This document shows positions 54,607 through 63,581 of a stretch of DNA of 64,000 nucleotides, one piece after another. Numbering within the stretch: position 1 is the first letter of the stretch; each line of letters opens with the position of its first letter. The DNA comes from an uncultured Allomuricauda sp. Lineage in GTDB: Bacteria > Bacteroidota > Bacteroidia > Flavobacteriales > Flavobacteriaceae. The DNA lies in contig CAMYIC010000059.1 in assembly GCA_947258355.1 (NCBI GenBank), forward strand, positions 65,648-129,647, in the 5' to 3' direction. The notes beneath the pieces were generated by a model. It made no database searches, had not been told where the DNA came from, and was given only the letters and a program-made list of their open reading frames with translations. Both the position numbers and the translations under genes were made by a program.

Positions 54607-56586
54607 ATGAGGTATCATGTTGGCAGCTTCGAACACGAAAAGTTGCTGGATTTGTACAAAGGCATGCTGAAGCCCAGAATGATAGAGGAAAAAATGTTGA
54701 TTCTTCTGCGGCAAGGCAAAATTTCCAAATGGTTTAGCGGTATAGGTCAAGAGGCCATTTCCGTGGGTGTCACCAAGGCGCTCAAGGAAAGTGAATACAT
54801 TCTTCCCATGCACCGAAACCTTGGGGTGTTTACCTCCAGGAATATTCCTTTGAACCGACTTTTCTCCCAATGGCAAGGCAAAGCAAGCGGTTTTACCAAA
54901 GGTAGGGACCGTAGTTTCCATTTTGGCACCCAGGAATACAAGATTGTGGGGATGATTTCCCACTTGGGCCCTCAATTGGGGGTGGCCGATGGGATTGCCC
55001 TGGCAGATATGCTCCGCAGAAAAAAACGTGTGACCGCTGTTTTTACAGGTGAAGGTGCGACCAGCGAAGGGGATTTCCATGAAGCCTTGAACGTGGCTTC
55101 GGTATGGAATCTTCCGGTGTTGTTCTGTATTGAAAACAATGGCTACGGACTTTCCACGCCCACCAACGAACAATATAACTGTGAACATTTGGCCGATAGG
55201 GCCAAGGGATATGGTATTGAGTCAAGGATTATTGACGGTAACAACATTCTTGAGGTTTTTGCCAAGGTGGATGAATTGTGCAAGGCTATTCGGCGAAGGC
55301 CAAGACCTGTTTTGCTGGAATTCAAAACCTTTCGCATGCGCGGACATGAGGAGGCCAGCGGCACCAAGTATGTTCCGGATAAATTGATGAAAGAATGGGA
55401 GAAAAAAGATCCTATTTCCAATTACGAAAGTTTTTTATTGGAAGAAGGTGTGCTCACTGAGGAAATCATTGAGGGATATAAAGCAGAAATCACGGAGGAA
55501 ATCAATTCCAATTTGCAGTTGGCTTTTGATGAGCCTGAAATCTCTTCAAATGAAAGTAAAGAGTTAAAGGAAGTGTATCAAGAGTTTGATTATCAAGATA
55601 TTGAACCTAAATCAGATTCAAGTGAAAATATACGTTTTGTGGATGCCGTCTCCCAAGGATTGGAGCAATCCATGTACAAGCACAACGAGCTCATCATTAT
55701 GGGACAAGATGTGGCAGATTATGGTGGTGTTTTTAAAATAACGGAAGGTTTTGTACCCAAATTCGGTAAAAGTCGAGTACGGAACACCCCCATTTGTGAA
55801 TCAGCAATAGTTTCCACCGCCATGGGACTGTCCATTAACGGGATGAAGGCCGTGATGGAGATGCAGTTTGCCGATTTCGTGAGCTCAGGGTTCAACCCCA
55901 TTGTAAATTATTTGGCCAAAGTGCATTATAGATGGAACGAGAAAGCCGATGTGGTCATTCGAATGCCCTGCGGAGGCGGAGTAGGGGCCGGCCCTTTCCA
56001 TTCTCAGACCAATGAGGCCTGGTTTACCAAAACTCCGGGTTTAAAAGTGGTATATCCATCTTTCCCGTATGATGCTAAAGGTTTGTTGAACACGGCGGTG
56101 AATGACCCAAACCCGGTCTTATTTTTTGAACATAAGGGATTGTACAGAAGCGTTAAAGGGGATGTGCCTACCGACTATTACACTTTGCCTTTTGGTAAAG
56201 CAAATCTTTTGCGGGAGGGTAATTCCATTTCGGTGGTAACGTATGGCGCAGGAGTGCACTGGGCTCTGGAAATTTTGGATGTGCATCCGGAGATTGATGT
56301 TGACTTGATAGATCTACGCACCCTACAGCCTTTGGATTGGGAAACCATTTTTAAATCAATCAAAAAAACAGGGAAGATGATCATATTGCAAGAGGATACC
56401 TTGTTTGGCGGAGTCGCCAGCGACATATCCGCTATGGTGATGGAAAACTGTTTTGAGTATTTGGACGCCCCTGTAAAAAGAGTGGGCAGCTTGGAAACCC
56501 CCGTGCCTTTTGCAAAATCGCTCGAAGCCAATTTTTTACCTAAAAAGAGATTTGAATCAGAATTAATTGAATTATATCAATATTAA
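54607..56586 (+). CDS. Thiamine-diphosphate-dependent dehydrogenase E1 component, fused alpha/beta subunits (second paralog)
   Basis: 659 aa. Alpha-part TPP region VFTGEGATSEGDFHEALNVASVWNLPVLFCIENNGYGLSTP. Beta part IIMGQDVADYGGVFKITEGF...RNTPICESAIV... Confidence 0.88.
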   Translation: MRYHVGSFEHEKLLDLYKGMLKPRMIEEKMLILLRQGKISKWFSGIGQEAISVGVTKALKESEYILPMHRNLGVFTSRNIPLNRLFSQWQGKASGFTKGRDRSFHFGTQEYKIVGMISHLGPQLGVADGIALADMLRRKKRVTAVFTGEGATSEGDFHEALNVASVWNLPVLFCIENNGYGLSTPTNEQYNCEHLADRAKGYGIESRIIDGNNILEVFAKVDELCKAIRRRPRPVLLEFKTFRMRGHEEASGTKYVPDKLMKEWEKKDPISNYESFLLEEGVLTEEIIEGYKAEITEEINSNLQLAFDEPEISSNESKELKEVYQEFDYQDIEPKSDSSENIRFVDAVSQGLEQSMYKHNELIIMGQDVADYGGVFKITEGFVPKFGKSRVRNTPICESAIVSTAMGLSINGMKAVMEMQFADFVSSGFNPIVNYLAKVHYRWNEKADVVIRMPCGGGVGAGPFHSQTNEAWFTKTPGLKVVYPSFPYDAKGLLNTAVNDPNPVLFFEHKGLYRSVKGDVPTDYYTLPFGKANLLREGNSISVVTYGAGVHWALEILDVHPEIDVDLIDLRTLQPLDWETIFKSIKKTGKMIILQEDTLFGGVASDISAMVMENCFEYLDAPVKRVGSLETPVPFAKSLEANFLPKKRFESELIELYQY

Positions 56587-56673
56587 AACCAGTTGGTTAG
56601 CTATTTTTTTAATAATTTAACAACTGTAAGTATATCCCCAATCGTATATTTTTTGAACATTAACTTAACACCT

Positions 56674-57159
56674 ATGATGAAACGATCAATTTTAATGATT
56701 ACCGTGGTGGGACTTTTGCTCTCATCATGTTCAGTTTCCAAAAGCGCTAGAACGCAACGAAATCTTTTTAGCGGTACTTGGAATTTGGACAATGTCTATT
56801 ACGAAAACAATACAGGAAACTTTAAATCTGTCATTTTTAACGATGCCGAGGATATCTGTTTTGAGGATAGTGAATGGTTTTTTCGCGACAACAACAGTAC
56901 AGGACGCTACACTATTTCCCAAAGTTCGCTATGCCAGGGCGGCGACCGATATTTCAGATGGTCCGTGGTAGAACCCGAACAAAATTATCAAAGCCAACTT
57001 CAATTCAAGTTTATTGATGAAAACCGAAAAGATATTTCGGGAGGCTATGGGTATCGTTTGAACATCGTTAGCTTGTCCGAGCAATCAATGACCCTGAACT
57101 CCAATGTATCGGTTGATGGTCAACCTGTGACCATAGTTTACGAATTCTCAAAAAAATAA
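56674..57159 (+). CDS. Lipocalin-like lipoprotein
   Basis: The ORF track starts at 56593. The ATG at 56674 gives MMKRSILMITVVGLLLSSC, with a lipobox. The beta-rich body includes FSGTWNLDNVYYEN. Confidence 0.7.
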   Translation: MMKRSILMITVVGLLLSSCSVSKSARTQRNLFSGTWNLDNVYYENNTGNFKSVIFNDAEDICFEDSEWFFRDNNSTGRYTISQSSLCQGGDRYFRWSVVEPEQNYQSQLQFKFIDENRKDISGGYGYRLNIVSLSEQSMTLNSNVSVDGQPVTIVYEFSKK

Positions 57160-57163
57160 TTCC

Positions 57164-57856
57164 ATGAAAAATATAGTATTAAAAGGTGCAACTGCTTTTT
57201 TGGCGTTGACCATGATTATTAGTTGTGACGCTATCAAAAATGCCAATAATACCCAAAAAGGTGCGGCTATTGGCGCTGGTGGCGGTGCTGTTATCGGTGG
57301 TGTTATCGGTAACAACGTAGGAAAAGGAAACACAGCGCTCGGAGCCATTATTGGTGCTGTGGTAGGTGGTGCCGCGGGAGGTTACATAGGTAACCGTATG
57401 GACAGGCAGGCCGAACAGATTGAACAAGAAATCCCTGGAGCCGAAGTACAAAGAGTGGGAGAAGGTATCAATGTCACTTTTAGTGGGGAGAACGGTGTTT
57501 ATTTTGACACCAATAAATCCGATATTAAGGGTGCCTCTGCAAATACATTGGACAAATTGGCTGGAATCTTTAAGGAATACCCAAAAACCAATATTTTGGT
57601 AGAAGGCCACACCGATAGTGATGGAGCCGCAGAATATAACATGGGTCTTTCCCAACGTAGGGCACAGGCCGTAACCGGTTATTTAGTGGCCAAGGGTATT
57701 TCCAGTGGGCGTTTCACTACTAAATGGTATGGAGAGGAGCAACCAGTGGAAACCAATGAGACTGCAGCAGGAAAAGCAGCCAATAGACGTGTGGAACTTG
57801 CCATTATCGCCAGTGATGAACTAAAACAAGAAGCTTACGAGCAGACTGAAAATTAA
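57164..57856 (+). CDS. OmpA-family peptidoglycan-binding lipoprotein with an N-terminal glycine-zipper
   Basis: 230 aa. Lipobox MIISC. Gly-zipper GAAIGAGGGAVIGGVIGNNVG...GAVVGGAAGGYIG. OmpA-like VEGHTDSDGAAEYNMGLSQRRAQAV...NRRVEL. Confidence 0.9.
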   Translation: MKNIVLKGATAFLALTMIISCDAIKNANNTQKGAAIGAGGGAVIGGVIGNNVGKGNTALGAIIGAVVGGAAGGYIGNRMDRQAEQIEQEIPGAEVQRVGEGINVTFSGENGVYFDTNKSDIKGASANTLDKLAGIFKEYPKTNILVEGHTDSDGAAEYNMGLSQRRAQAVTGYLVAKGISSGRFTTKWYGEEQPVETNETAAGKAANRRVELAIIASDELKQEAYEQTEN

Positions 57857-57880
57857 TGTATAACCATCAATTGGATATAA

Positions 57881-57906
57881 AGCCTGGTTTTTCCAGGCTT
57901 TTTTTG
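57881..57906 (+). terminator. Rho-independent terminator after the OmpA-family gene
   Basis: AGCCTGG-ttttt-CCAGGCT followed by TTTTTTT. Confidence 0.8.
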
Positions 57907-58016
57907 TTTATAGATGTTAAATAAACCATTAAATGTGAGTTAAGCCATCCAGATTTGAAGGAATTTATTTAACTTAAAGGGTGTCAACTTGTTAATCTTA
58001 AATTTCTCTAGTTTCC

Positions 58017-58334
58017 ATGGACAACACCATACAAAATAGTACGAATAAACTACAGGACCTACTGGTACGAGTGGAACGGAACAATAGAATGGTGCAGCGG
58101 TTATCCGAAAAATTGAATTCATATACCTATGAACCAAAATGTCCTCAAAAATTTGAAAAGTTTTACGAACTGAACAGAAGCATTCAAAACTATCAGAAAC
58201 ATCAAAAACAGGTCATGTCCAAAATAAGGCAGCAAGGATTTGATGTGTACAACGCGAATAACAATGAGGTCGAGAATCAATTGAATCTATTTAAAAAGTT
58301 GGAGAGGGATTTTGCCTCCTATTTACTTGATTAA
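58017..58334 (+). CDS. Hypothetical small protein (coiled-coil-like)
   Basis: 105-aa ORF in an otherwise empty interval. No recognisable motifs. Confidence 0.45.
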   Translation: MDNTIQNSTNKLQDLLVRVERNNRMVQRLSEKLNSYTYEPKCPQKFEKFYELNRSIQNYQKHQKQVMSKIRQQGFDVYNANNNEVENQLNLFKKLERDFASYLLD

Positions 58335-58428
58335 AAAATCGTTGTAAATAATTCTCAAATTTTTAGGCACACCGTTATTTTCTTCCGTAAACATATGTAA
58401 TATTGCAGGGCAGCTAAACTGTCTTGGA

Positions 58429-59346
58429 ATGGGAAAATCCTCAAACTCTGCTCTTGTCATTCTGGCCTTTTTCGCCATTTATGTTATTTGGGGGTCTACC
58501 TATTTGCTGAACAAGATAGCCGTATTGGAATTGGAGCCATTTATGTTGGCCAGTTTTAGGTTCACTTTGGCTGGTTTGTGCATATTTCTTTTGGCCAAGA
58601 TCATGGGGATTTCCCTTCGCATTTCCCAAAAGCAACTTTTCAATACCATACTTGCGGGAATTTTGTTTCTGAGTTTCGGCAACGGATTGGTGGTTTGGGC
58701 CTTGCGTTATGTGGATACAGGTTTTGCAGCCCTGGAAATCTCTTCCCAACCCCTGATCATCCTTATAATGATGCGAATCCTGCAGGGCAAAAAAATACAG
58801 CCCATGTCGGTAGTCGGAGTTGTTTTTGGAGTGATCGGCATTTATTTATTGGTGAGTCAAAAGCAAATTATTGCCCAAAAAGAATCCATAGTGGGCATGA
58901 TCATGATTTTTTTCTGTATGCTCTGTTGGGCTTATGCCAGTCTCTTTGTGGCAAAAGCTGATTTACCTACCAACTATTTTGTAAATACGGGCTATCAAAT
59001 GTTTTTTGCAGGTATTATATTAAGTTTAATGAGCCTTGGCTTTGGTGAAGAATGGACTTCACCATTGTCCTGGAGTGGCGAGGTGCAAATTGCGATGCTT
59101 TTGCTCATCTTTTTTGGTAGTATAGTTGCCTTCACCTCTTTTAATTATCTACTTAAAGCCGTTTCACCGGAAAAAGTAGCTACTTCCACCTATGTGAACC
59201 CTATAGTGGCACTACTATTGGGTTGGTACTTTTTGGATGAACAAATCACCTTGCAATCCGTCATCGCGGCCGCTATTCTTTTAACAGGTGTATATTTTAT
59301 CAATACCAAAAAGACCTTGGCCATTTTTGAACGTTTTAAACGTTAA
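58429..59346 (+). CDS. EamA/DMT-family transporter
   Basis: 305 aa with about 10 TM segments in two homologous halves, which is typical EamA architecture. Confidence 0.85.
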   Translation: MGKSSNSALVILAFFAIYVIWGSTYLLNKIAVLELEPFMLASFRFTLAGLCIFLLAKIMGISLRISQKQLFNTILAGILFLSFGNGLVVWALRYVDTGFAALEISSQPLIILIMMRILQGKKIQPMSVVGVVFGVIGIYLLVSQKQIIAQKESIVGMIMIFFCMLCWAYASLFVAKADLPTNYFVNTGYQMFFAGIILSLMSLGFGEEWTSPLSWSGEVQIAMLLLIFFGSIVAFTSFNYLLKAVSPEKVATSTYVNPIVALLLGWYFLDEQITLQSVIAAAILLTGVYFINTKKTLAIFERFKR

Positions 59347-59414
59347 GACACCGTTATTTGTTTCGGATTTGGTTGTTGTATTTTGTAATTTGTAAAGAGT
59401 TAACAATCAAATAA

Positions 59415-59972
59415 ATGAAGTCTATAATTAAAATCGGCGCCTACGCCTTACTATTGTTTTCCATGGCTTGTGTTTCAACCAAAAGCAGGGCCACTCCGGA
59501 AGAAATTGCAGCGTTTGACAAGATGATTGACCACAAGCATTTTGAAATAAAAGCTCTTTTGGCGCAGCCTTTGGCAACCCAGAGTTTAAATAGTATAGCA
59601 AACGCAGGTTTGCTGCCACCGGGCAGTACCGCTAGCCTAATTGATATTTCCGGTACGGGCGGTTATTTTCGTATGGTGGGGGATAGTGTTATGGCAGACC
59701 TTCCCTTTTATGGCGAACGTAGAATGGGTGGCTACTACAACCAGAATAAAACGGGTATCCAATTTGAAGGAATTCCAGTGGAACTTTCCTTTTCACCGAC
59801 CAAAAATGGAGCGGGTCAAACCATGCGTTTCACCATAGACCATGAATCCGAAGGTTTTCAAGTAATTGCCCAGCTATACCCCAATGGCAAAGCAAGACTT
59901 ACCGTATCCAGTACACACAGAACAAATATGTGGTATCAAGGCAATCTATCCGAATATAAGAAAGAGGAGTAG
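59415..59972 (+). CDS. Lipoprotein, possibly DUF4251 family
   Basis: 185 aa. Lipobox LFSMAC. The family assignment is from memory only. Confidence 0.55.
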   Translation: MKSIIKIGAYALLLFSMACVSTKSRATPEEIAAFDKMIDHKHFEIKALLAQPLATQSLNSIANAGLLPPGSTASLIDISGTGGYFRMVGDSVMADLPFYGERRMGGYYNQNKTGIQFEGIPVELSFSPTKNGAGQTMRFTIDHESEGFQVIAQLYPNGKARLTVSSTHRTNMWYQGNLSEYKKEE

Positions 59973-60066
59973 GTCAAATCACAAAAGAATGCCGCAACTG
60001 GCATGAGGGTTCCATCATTTTATTATAGCTTTATTGATTCAGAAACCAAAATACCTAAAAAACAAG

Positions 60067-61266
60067 ATGAAAATGTATACTTTGACTTTAAGGTCAATAT
60101 TATTGTTGATGCTATCAGTAACCTTTATAGCGTGTAAAGGGAACAAAGAAAGCAACGAAGAAGAAACCACCGAAGAAGTAGCTGAGAACGCGGAAGAAAC
60201 ACCAAAATACACTGGTGATTTGCCCTTGGACAGACTTAATCTGCCAGAAGGTTTTAGCATAGACGTTTACGCAGAAAATATTGAAGGTGCTCGTTCCATG
60301 GCCATGGGAGCCGATGGAACCCTTTTTGTAGGTACCCGAAATGAAGGAAATGTGTACGCCTTAAAAGATGTGGATGGGGATTACCGGGTTGATGAGACTT
60401 ATACCATTGCATCCGGTTTGGAGCAGCCCAACGGACTCGCCTTTAGGGATGGCGCTTTGTATGTGGCCGCGGTAAGCCGATTGTTCAAGTACGCTGATAT
60501 TGAATCGCAGCTGGAAAATCCTGCGGAACCTCAACTGATTTATGACGATTATCCGACAGAGTTCCATCATGGTTGGAAATACATTGCCTTTGGTCCTGAT
60601 AATAAACTATATGTTCCCGTGGGTGCACCATGCAATATTTGTGACCGTACAGATGAAGATGAACGTTTTGGAACCATCACGCGAATGGACCCCGATGGCA
60701 GCAACAGGGAGATTGTGGCACATGGTGTTCGCAATACCGTCGGTTTTACTTGGCACCCAGACACCAAAGAACTTTGGTTTACCGATAATGGAAGGGACAT
60801 GATGGGGGACGACCTGCCTCCAGGGGAATTGAACAAGCTCACGGAAGTAGGCCAACATTTTGGATATCCATTTTGCCATGGGGGAACTGTAAAGGACCCG
60901 GAGTTTGGCGACCAGCGACCATGTTCGGATTTTGTGGCCCCGGTACAGCCTTTGGGAGCCCACGTAGCTGCTTTGGCCGTTAAATTTGGGAAAGGGCCCA
61001 TGTTCCCAGAAGCCTATCAAGGACATGCCTTTTTGGCGGAACATGGTTCATGGAACCGTTCATCCAAAGTGGGCTATAGGGTAACGCTGGTAAAACTGGA
61101 AAACGGCGAAGCTGTTAGTTACGAACCTTTTATTGATGGTTGGTTGGACGAAGAATCACAAGAGGCATTCGGTAGACCGGTAGATTTGCTTTTTCTTGAA
61201 GATGGCTCTTTGCTTATCTCCGATGATGAAGGCAACGCGATTTACAGGGTTACTTATAAGGGTTAA
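60067..61266 (+). CDS. PQQ-dependent sugar (sorbosone) dehydrogenase-family beta-propeller lipoprotein
   Basis: The ORF track starts at 60034. The ATG at 60067 gives MKMYTLTLRSILLLMLSVTFIAC. Family-like segments: LWFTDNGRDMMGDDLPPGELN, GQHFGYPFCHG, LLISDDEGNAIYRVTY. Confidence 0.8.
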   Translation: MKMYTLTLRSILLLMLSVTFIACKGNKESNEEETTEEVAENAEETPKYTGDLPLDRLNLPEGFSIDVYAENIEGARSMAMGADGTLFVGTRNEGNVYALKDVDGDYRVDETYTIASGLEQPNGLAFRDGALYVAAVSRLFKYADIESQLENPAEPQLIYDDYPTEFHHGWKYIAFGPDNKLYVPVGAPCNICDRTDEDERFGTITRMDPDGSNREIVAHGVRNTVGFTWHPDTKELWFTDNGRDMMGDDLPPGELNKLTEVGQHFGYPFCHGGTVKDPEFGDQRPCSDFVAPVQPLGAHVAALAVKFGKGPMFPEAYQGHAFLAEHGSWNRSSKVGYRVTLVKLENGEAVSYEPFIDGWLDEESQEAFGRPVDLLFLEDGSLLISDDEGNAIYRVTYKG

Positions 61267-61281
61267 GATTGCACCAATTGA

Positions 61282-61653
61282 TTATTGTAGAAAGTACTTG
61301 GGAATGGACATCTCATTCATCTTCCAAGTACTTTTTTTTTGGTCTTTATCCGTTACTTCTATAAAATAGTATTGGGCACCTCCTTCAATTTTGGAAATAA
61401 TGTGCTCCACTGTAAATGTCGATTCATTATGTTGAAAAATAAACTCCGTCACATTGCCATCAGGGGCTTCATTTATTTTCCCATTTCTTAGGATCAAATT
61501 GGGTTTCGCTAAAATACTGTTGCTTTTGTGCCAGCACAAGTAGCGTATTTCCCCTGTTAATAGTCGATCGATTTTTACAGTGTATTCTCCATTGCCAAAA
61601 TAGGCCAGAATACGTTCAATATAGGGCTCTCTCCAAAAAATAGCTAAGTAGGT
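61282..61653 (-). pseudogene. Start-less open frame; possible 5'-truncated gene fragment, or a gene with a non-canonical start
   Basis: The track ORF (TTG at 61539) is open in the same frame back to a stop at 61654..61656 (TYLAIFWREPYIERILAYFGNGEYTVKIDRLLTGEIRYLCWHK...). That extension contains no ATG, GTG or TTG. Confidence 0.35.
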
Positions 61654-61702
61654 TTAAGTGGGTTCGGTGTTGATCGAACGTTGATATATTTTCAGTATTG
61701 CA

Positions 61703-61822
61703 CTAAACCTTGTTTCTTTTTCCCCAATGTGCGCCGGACAGCCAACCGATCATAAAAATAATCCATCCCAATAATGCCAAACAAATTATCTGTAAGGTGT
61801 TTATAGTCTCTAATGTAGTCAT
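61703..61822 (-). CDS. Possible 39-aa single-TM small protein
   Basis: My own translation: MTTLETINTLQIICLALLGWIIFMIGWLSGAHWGKRNKV*. It is below the ORF-track cutoff and has no further support. Confidence 0.25.
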   Translation of the reverse strand: MTTLETINTLQIICLALLGWIIFMIGWLSGAHWGKRNKV

Positions 61823-61960
61823 AATCTTATTTTTTAAGCAAACTACACGTTACGTAATTATTTTACGCAGCCAATTGATGAATGCCCTGTTTCAATTGAT
61901 GAATGGTATGTTTTGATGTATGGTTTGCATCGAAAATTTGAGAAAAGTAAGCTCCGGGTA

Positions 61961-62027
61961 GAAAATTGTCCATTCACTGGCGAAGTTCGTCCATTTTTTT
62001 GCCCATGGCATTGCCGCAACTTTGTTC
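61961..62027 (+). promoter_or_regulatory. Shared upstream module, copy 1 (before the isochorismatase-family gene)
   Basis: GAAAATTGTCCA-N16-GTCCATTTT-N13-CATtGCcGCAaCTTTGT. The same three blocks occur with identical spacing at 62901..62967. Confidence 0.6.
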
Positions 62028-62065
62028 CATCAAAATTTAAGTTTAATCAGTTAAAGAAAAATACC

Positions 62066-62800
62066 ATGAAAAATTTGATGAGAACATTAACAGTGTTCAT
62101 GATTACCATTTCGGGGCTCTATGCTCAATTGCCAGAACCCGGTTTTACCATCGACGGAACTACCGCCATTGTGATCACCGACCCACAAAACGATTTCCTT
62201 AGCCCCGATGGTGTGGCTTGGGGTGCCGTGGGACAGAGTGTTCAAGAAAACAACACTATTGAGAACCTGGAGACCATTTTTAAATTGGGTGAAAAGTACG
62301 ATATCCCCGTATTTATTTCTCCCCACTACTACTACAAGCACGACCATGTTTGGAAGTTCGAGGGAACCCTTGAAAAATTGATGCATAACATCAGCATGTT
62401 CGATCGTGGCGACCAACTCAATGTAGAAGGTTTTGAAGGTTCCGGTGCCGATTGGTTGCCTCGCTACAAAAAGTACATCAATAAGGATAGGGTAGTGGTG
62501 ACCAGCCCGCACAAAGTATTTGGTTCCGAGTCCAACGATTTGGCCCTACAGTTGAGAAAACAAGGGGTGGACAAAGTAATCTTGGCAGGAATGTCAGGTA
62601 ACCTATGTGCTGAATCACACATGAGGGAATTGGTGGAAAACGGTTTTGAAGTTGCCGTTGTCGGTGATGCTACCGCTTCTGCCAAACTACCTGGATTGGA
62701 CGGCGACCAAGCTGCCCAGACCAACTACAAAATGATTTCCAGCCGTGTATTCACTACCAAAGAATTGGTAAAGGAATTGAAAATGCACCCAATGAAGTAG
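62066..62800 (+). CDS. Secreted cysteine hydrolase / isochorismatase-family protein
   Basis: The ORF track starts at 61913. The ATG at 62066 gives MKNLMRTLTVFMITISGLYAQ, a signal peptide. The catalytic-Cys region is ILAGMSGNLCAESHMREL. Confidence 0.8.
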   Translation: MKNLMRTLTVFMITISGLYAQLPEPGFTIDGTTAIVITDPQNDFLSPDGVAWGAVGQSVQENNTIENLETIFKLGEKYDIPVFISPHYYYKHDHVWKFEGTLEKLMHNISMFDRGDQLNVEGFEGSGADWLPRYKKYINKDRVVVTSPHKVFGSESNDLALQLRKQGVDKVILAGMSGNLCAESHMRELVENGFEVAVVGDATASAKLPGLDGDQAAQTNYKMISSRVFTTKELVKELKMHPMK

Positions 62801-62900
62801 AACGCAAGTGTTTGTGATGTTGATGTTGAGGGTAGAAGGGTTAAACCATAGGTTTAGCCCTTCTTTTTGTTTGATAATCAGATGTTTGTGGTCCATCAGG

Positions 62901-62967
62901 GAAAATTGTCCAAGGAGTTGCGTCATCTGTCCATTTTATCCAAACCAACATCGCTGCACCTTTGTAT
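62901..62967 (+). promoter_or_regulatory. Shared upstream module, copy 2 (before the AhpD-like gene)
   Basis: GAAAATTGTCCA-N16-GTCCATTTT-N13-CATcGCtGCAcCTTTGT. Confidence 0.6.
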
Positions 62968-63011
62968 CGTCGATAATGACAATTGAATTATTAATAAAAA
63001 AACAGAAAGTT

Positions 63012-63557
63012 ATGACACGTTTACAAGCATTAGATCCAAAGGAAGCAACCGGAAGATCAAAAGAATTATTTGAAGCAATCCAAGGTAAATTGGGCATGGT
63101 TCCCAATATGATGAGAACTATGGGGAACTCCTCAGTGGTTTTGGAAGGATACTTGAACCTTAGTGAACTTTTGGGTAAAGGATCTTTGGGTGGAAAGTTG
63201 GGCGAGCTATTGGCTTTGACCGTAGCAGAATCCAACGCCTGTAACTATTGCCTATCCGCTCACTCGTTTATCGGTGAAAAATTGGTAGGTATCGATACGG
63301 ACACCTTGAGTGCTGCAAGAGATGGTGAGAACGCAGACCCAAAAATTGCGGCTGCCTTGAACTTTGCAAAAGCATTGATCGCCAAAAACGGACGCGTTTC
63401 CACAGAGGACGTAGCAGCCGTTAAAGATGCTGGATACACCGATGGTGCCGTAGGTGAAATTGTGGCACACGTAGCCTTGAACATCTTCACCAACTATTTT
63501 AATAACACAGCCAACACCGATATCGATTTCCCAGTAGTGGAAGCCGCTACGGTATAA
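63012..63557 (+). CDS. Carboxymuconolactone decarboxylase / AhpD-like alkylhydroperoxidase family protein
   Basis: The ORF track starts at 62808. The ATG at 63012 gives MTRLQALDPKEATGRSKELFEAIQGKLGMVPNMMRTMGNS. CxxC motif in ESNACNYCLSAH. Confidence 0.85.
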   Translation: MTRLQALDPKEATGRSKELFEAIQGKLGMVPNMMRTMGNSSVVLEGYLNLSELLGKGSLGGKLGELLALTVAESNACNYCLSAHSFIGEKLVGIDTDTLSAARDGENADPKIAAALNFAKALIAKNGRVSTEDVAAVKDAGYTDGAVGEIVAHVALNIFTNYFNNTANTDIDFPVVEAATV

Positions 63558-63581
63558 TTAACCCTTAAATTCAATTACAGA

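Noticed and set aside
54493-55188. 231-aa minus-strand ORF
   Set aside because: It is entirely antisense to the well-supported E1 alpha/beta gene (54607..56586). Its composition is low-complexity and His/Gly/Phe-rich, so it is a shadow ORF.
60567-61044. Minus-strand ORFs of 144-145 aa
   Set aside because: They are antisense to the PQQ-dependent dehydrogenase-family gene and have no independent support.
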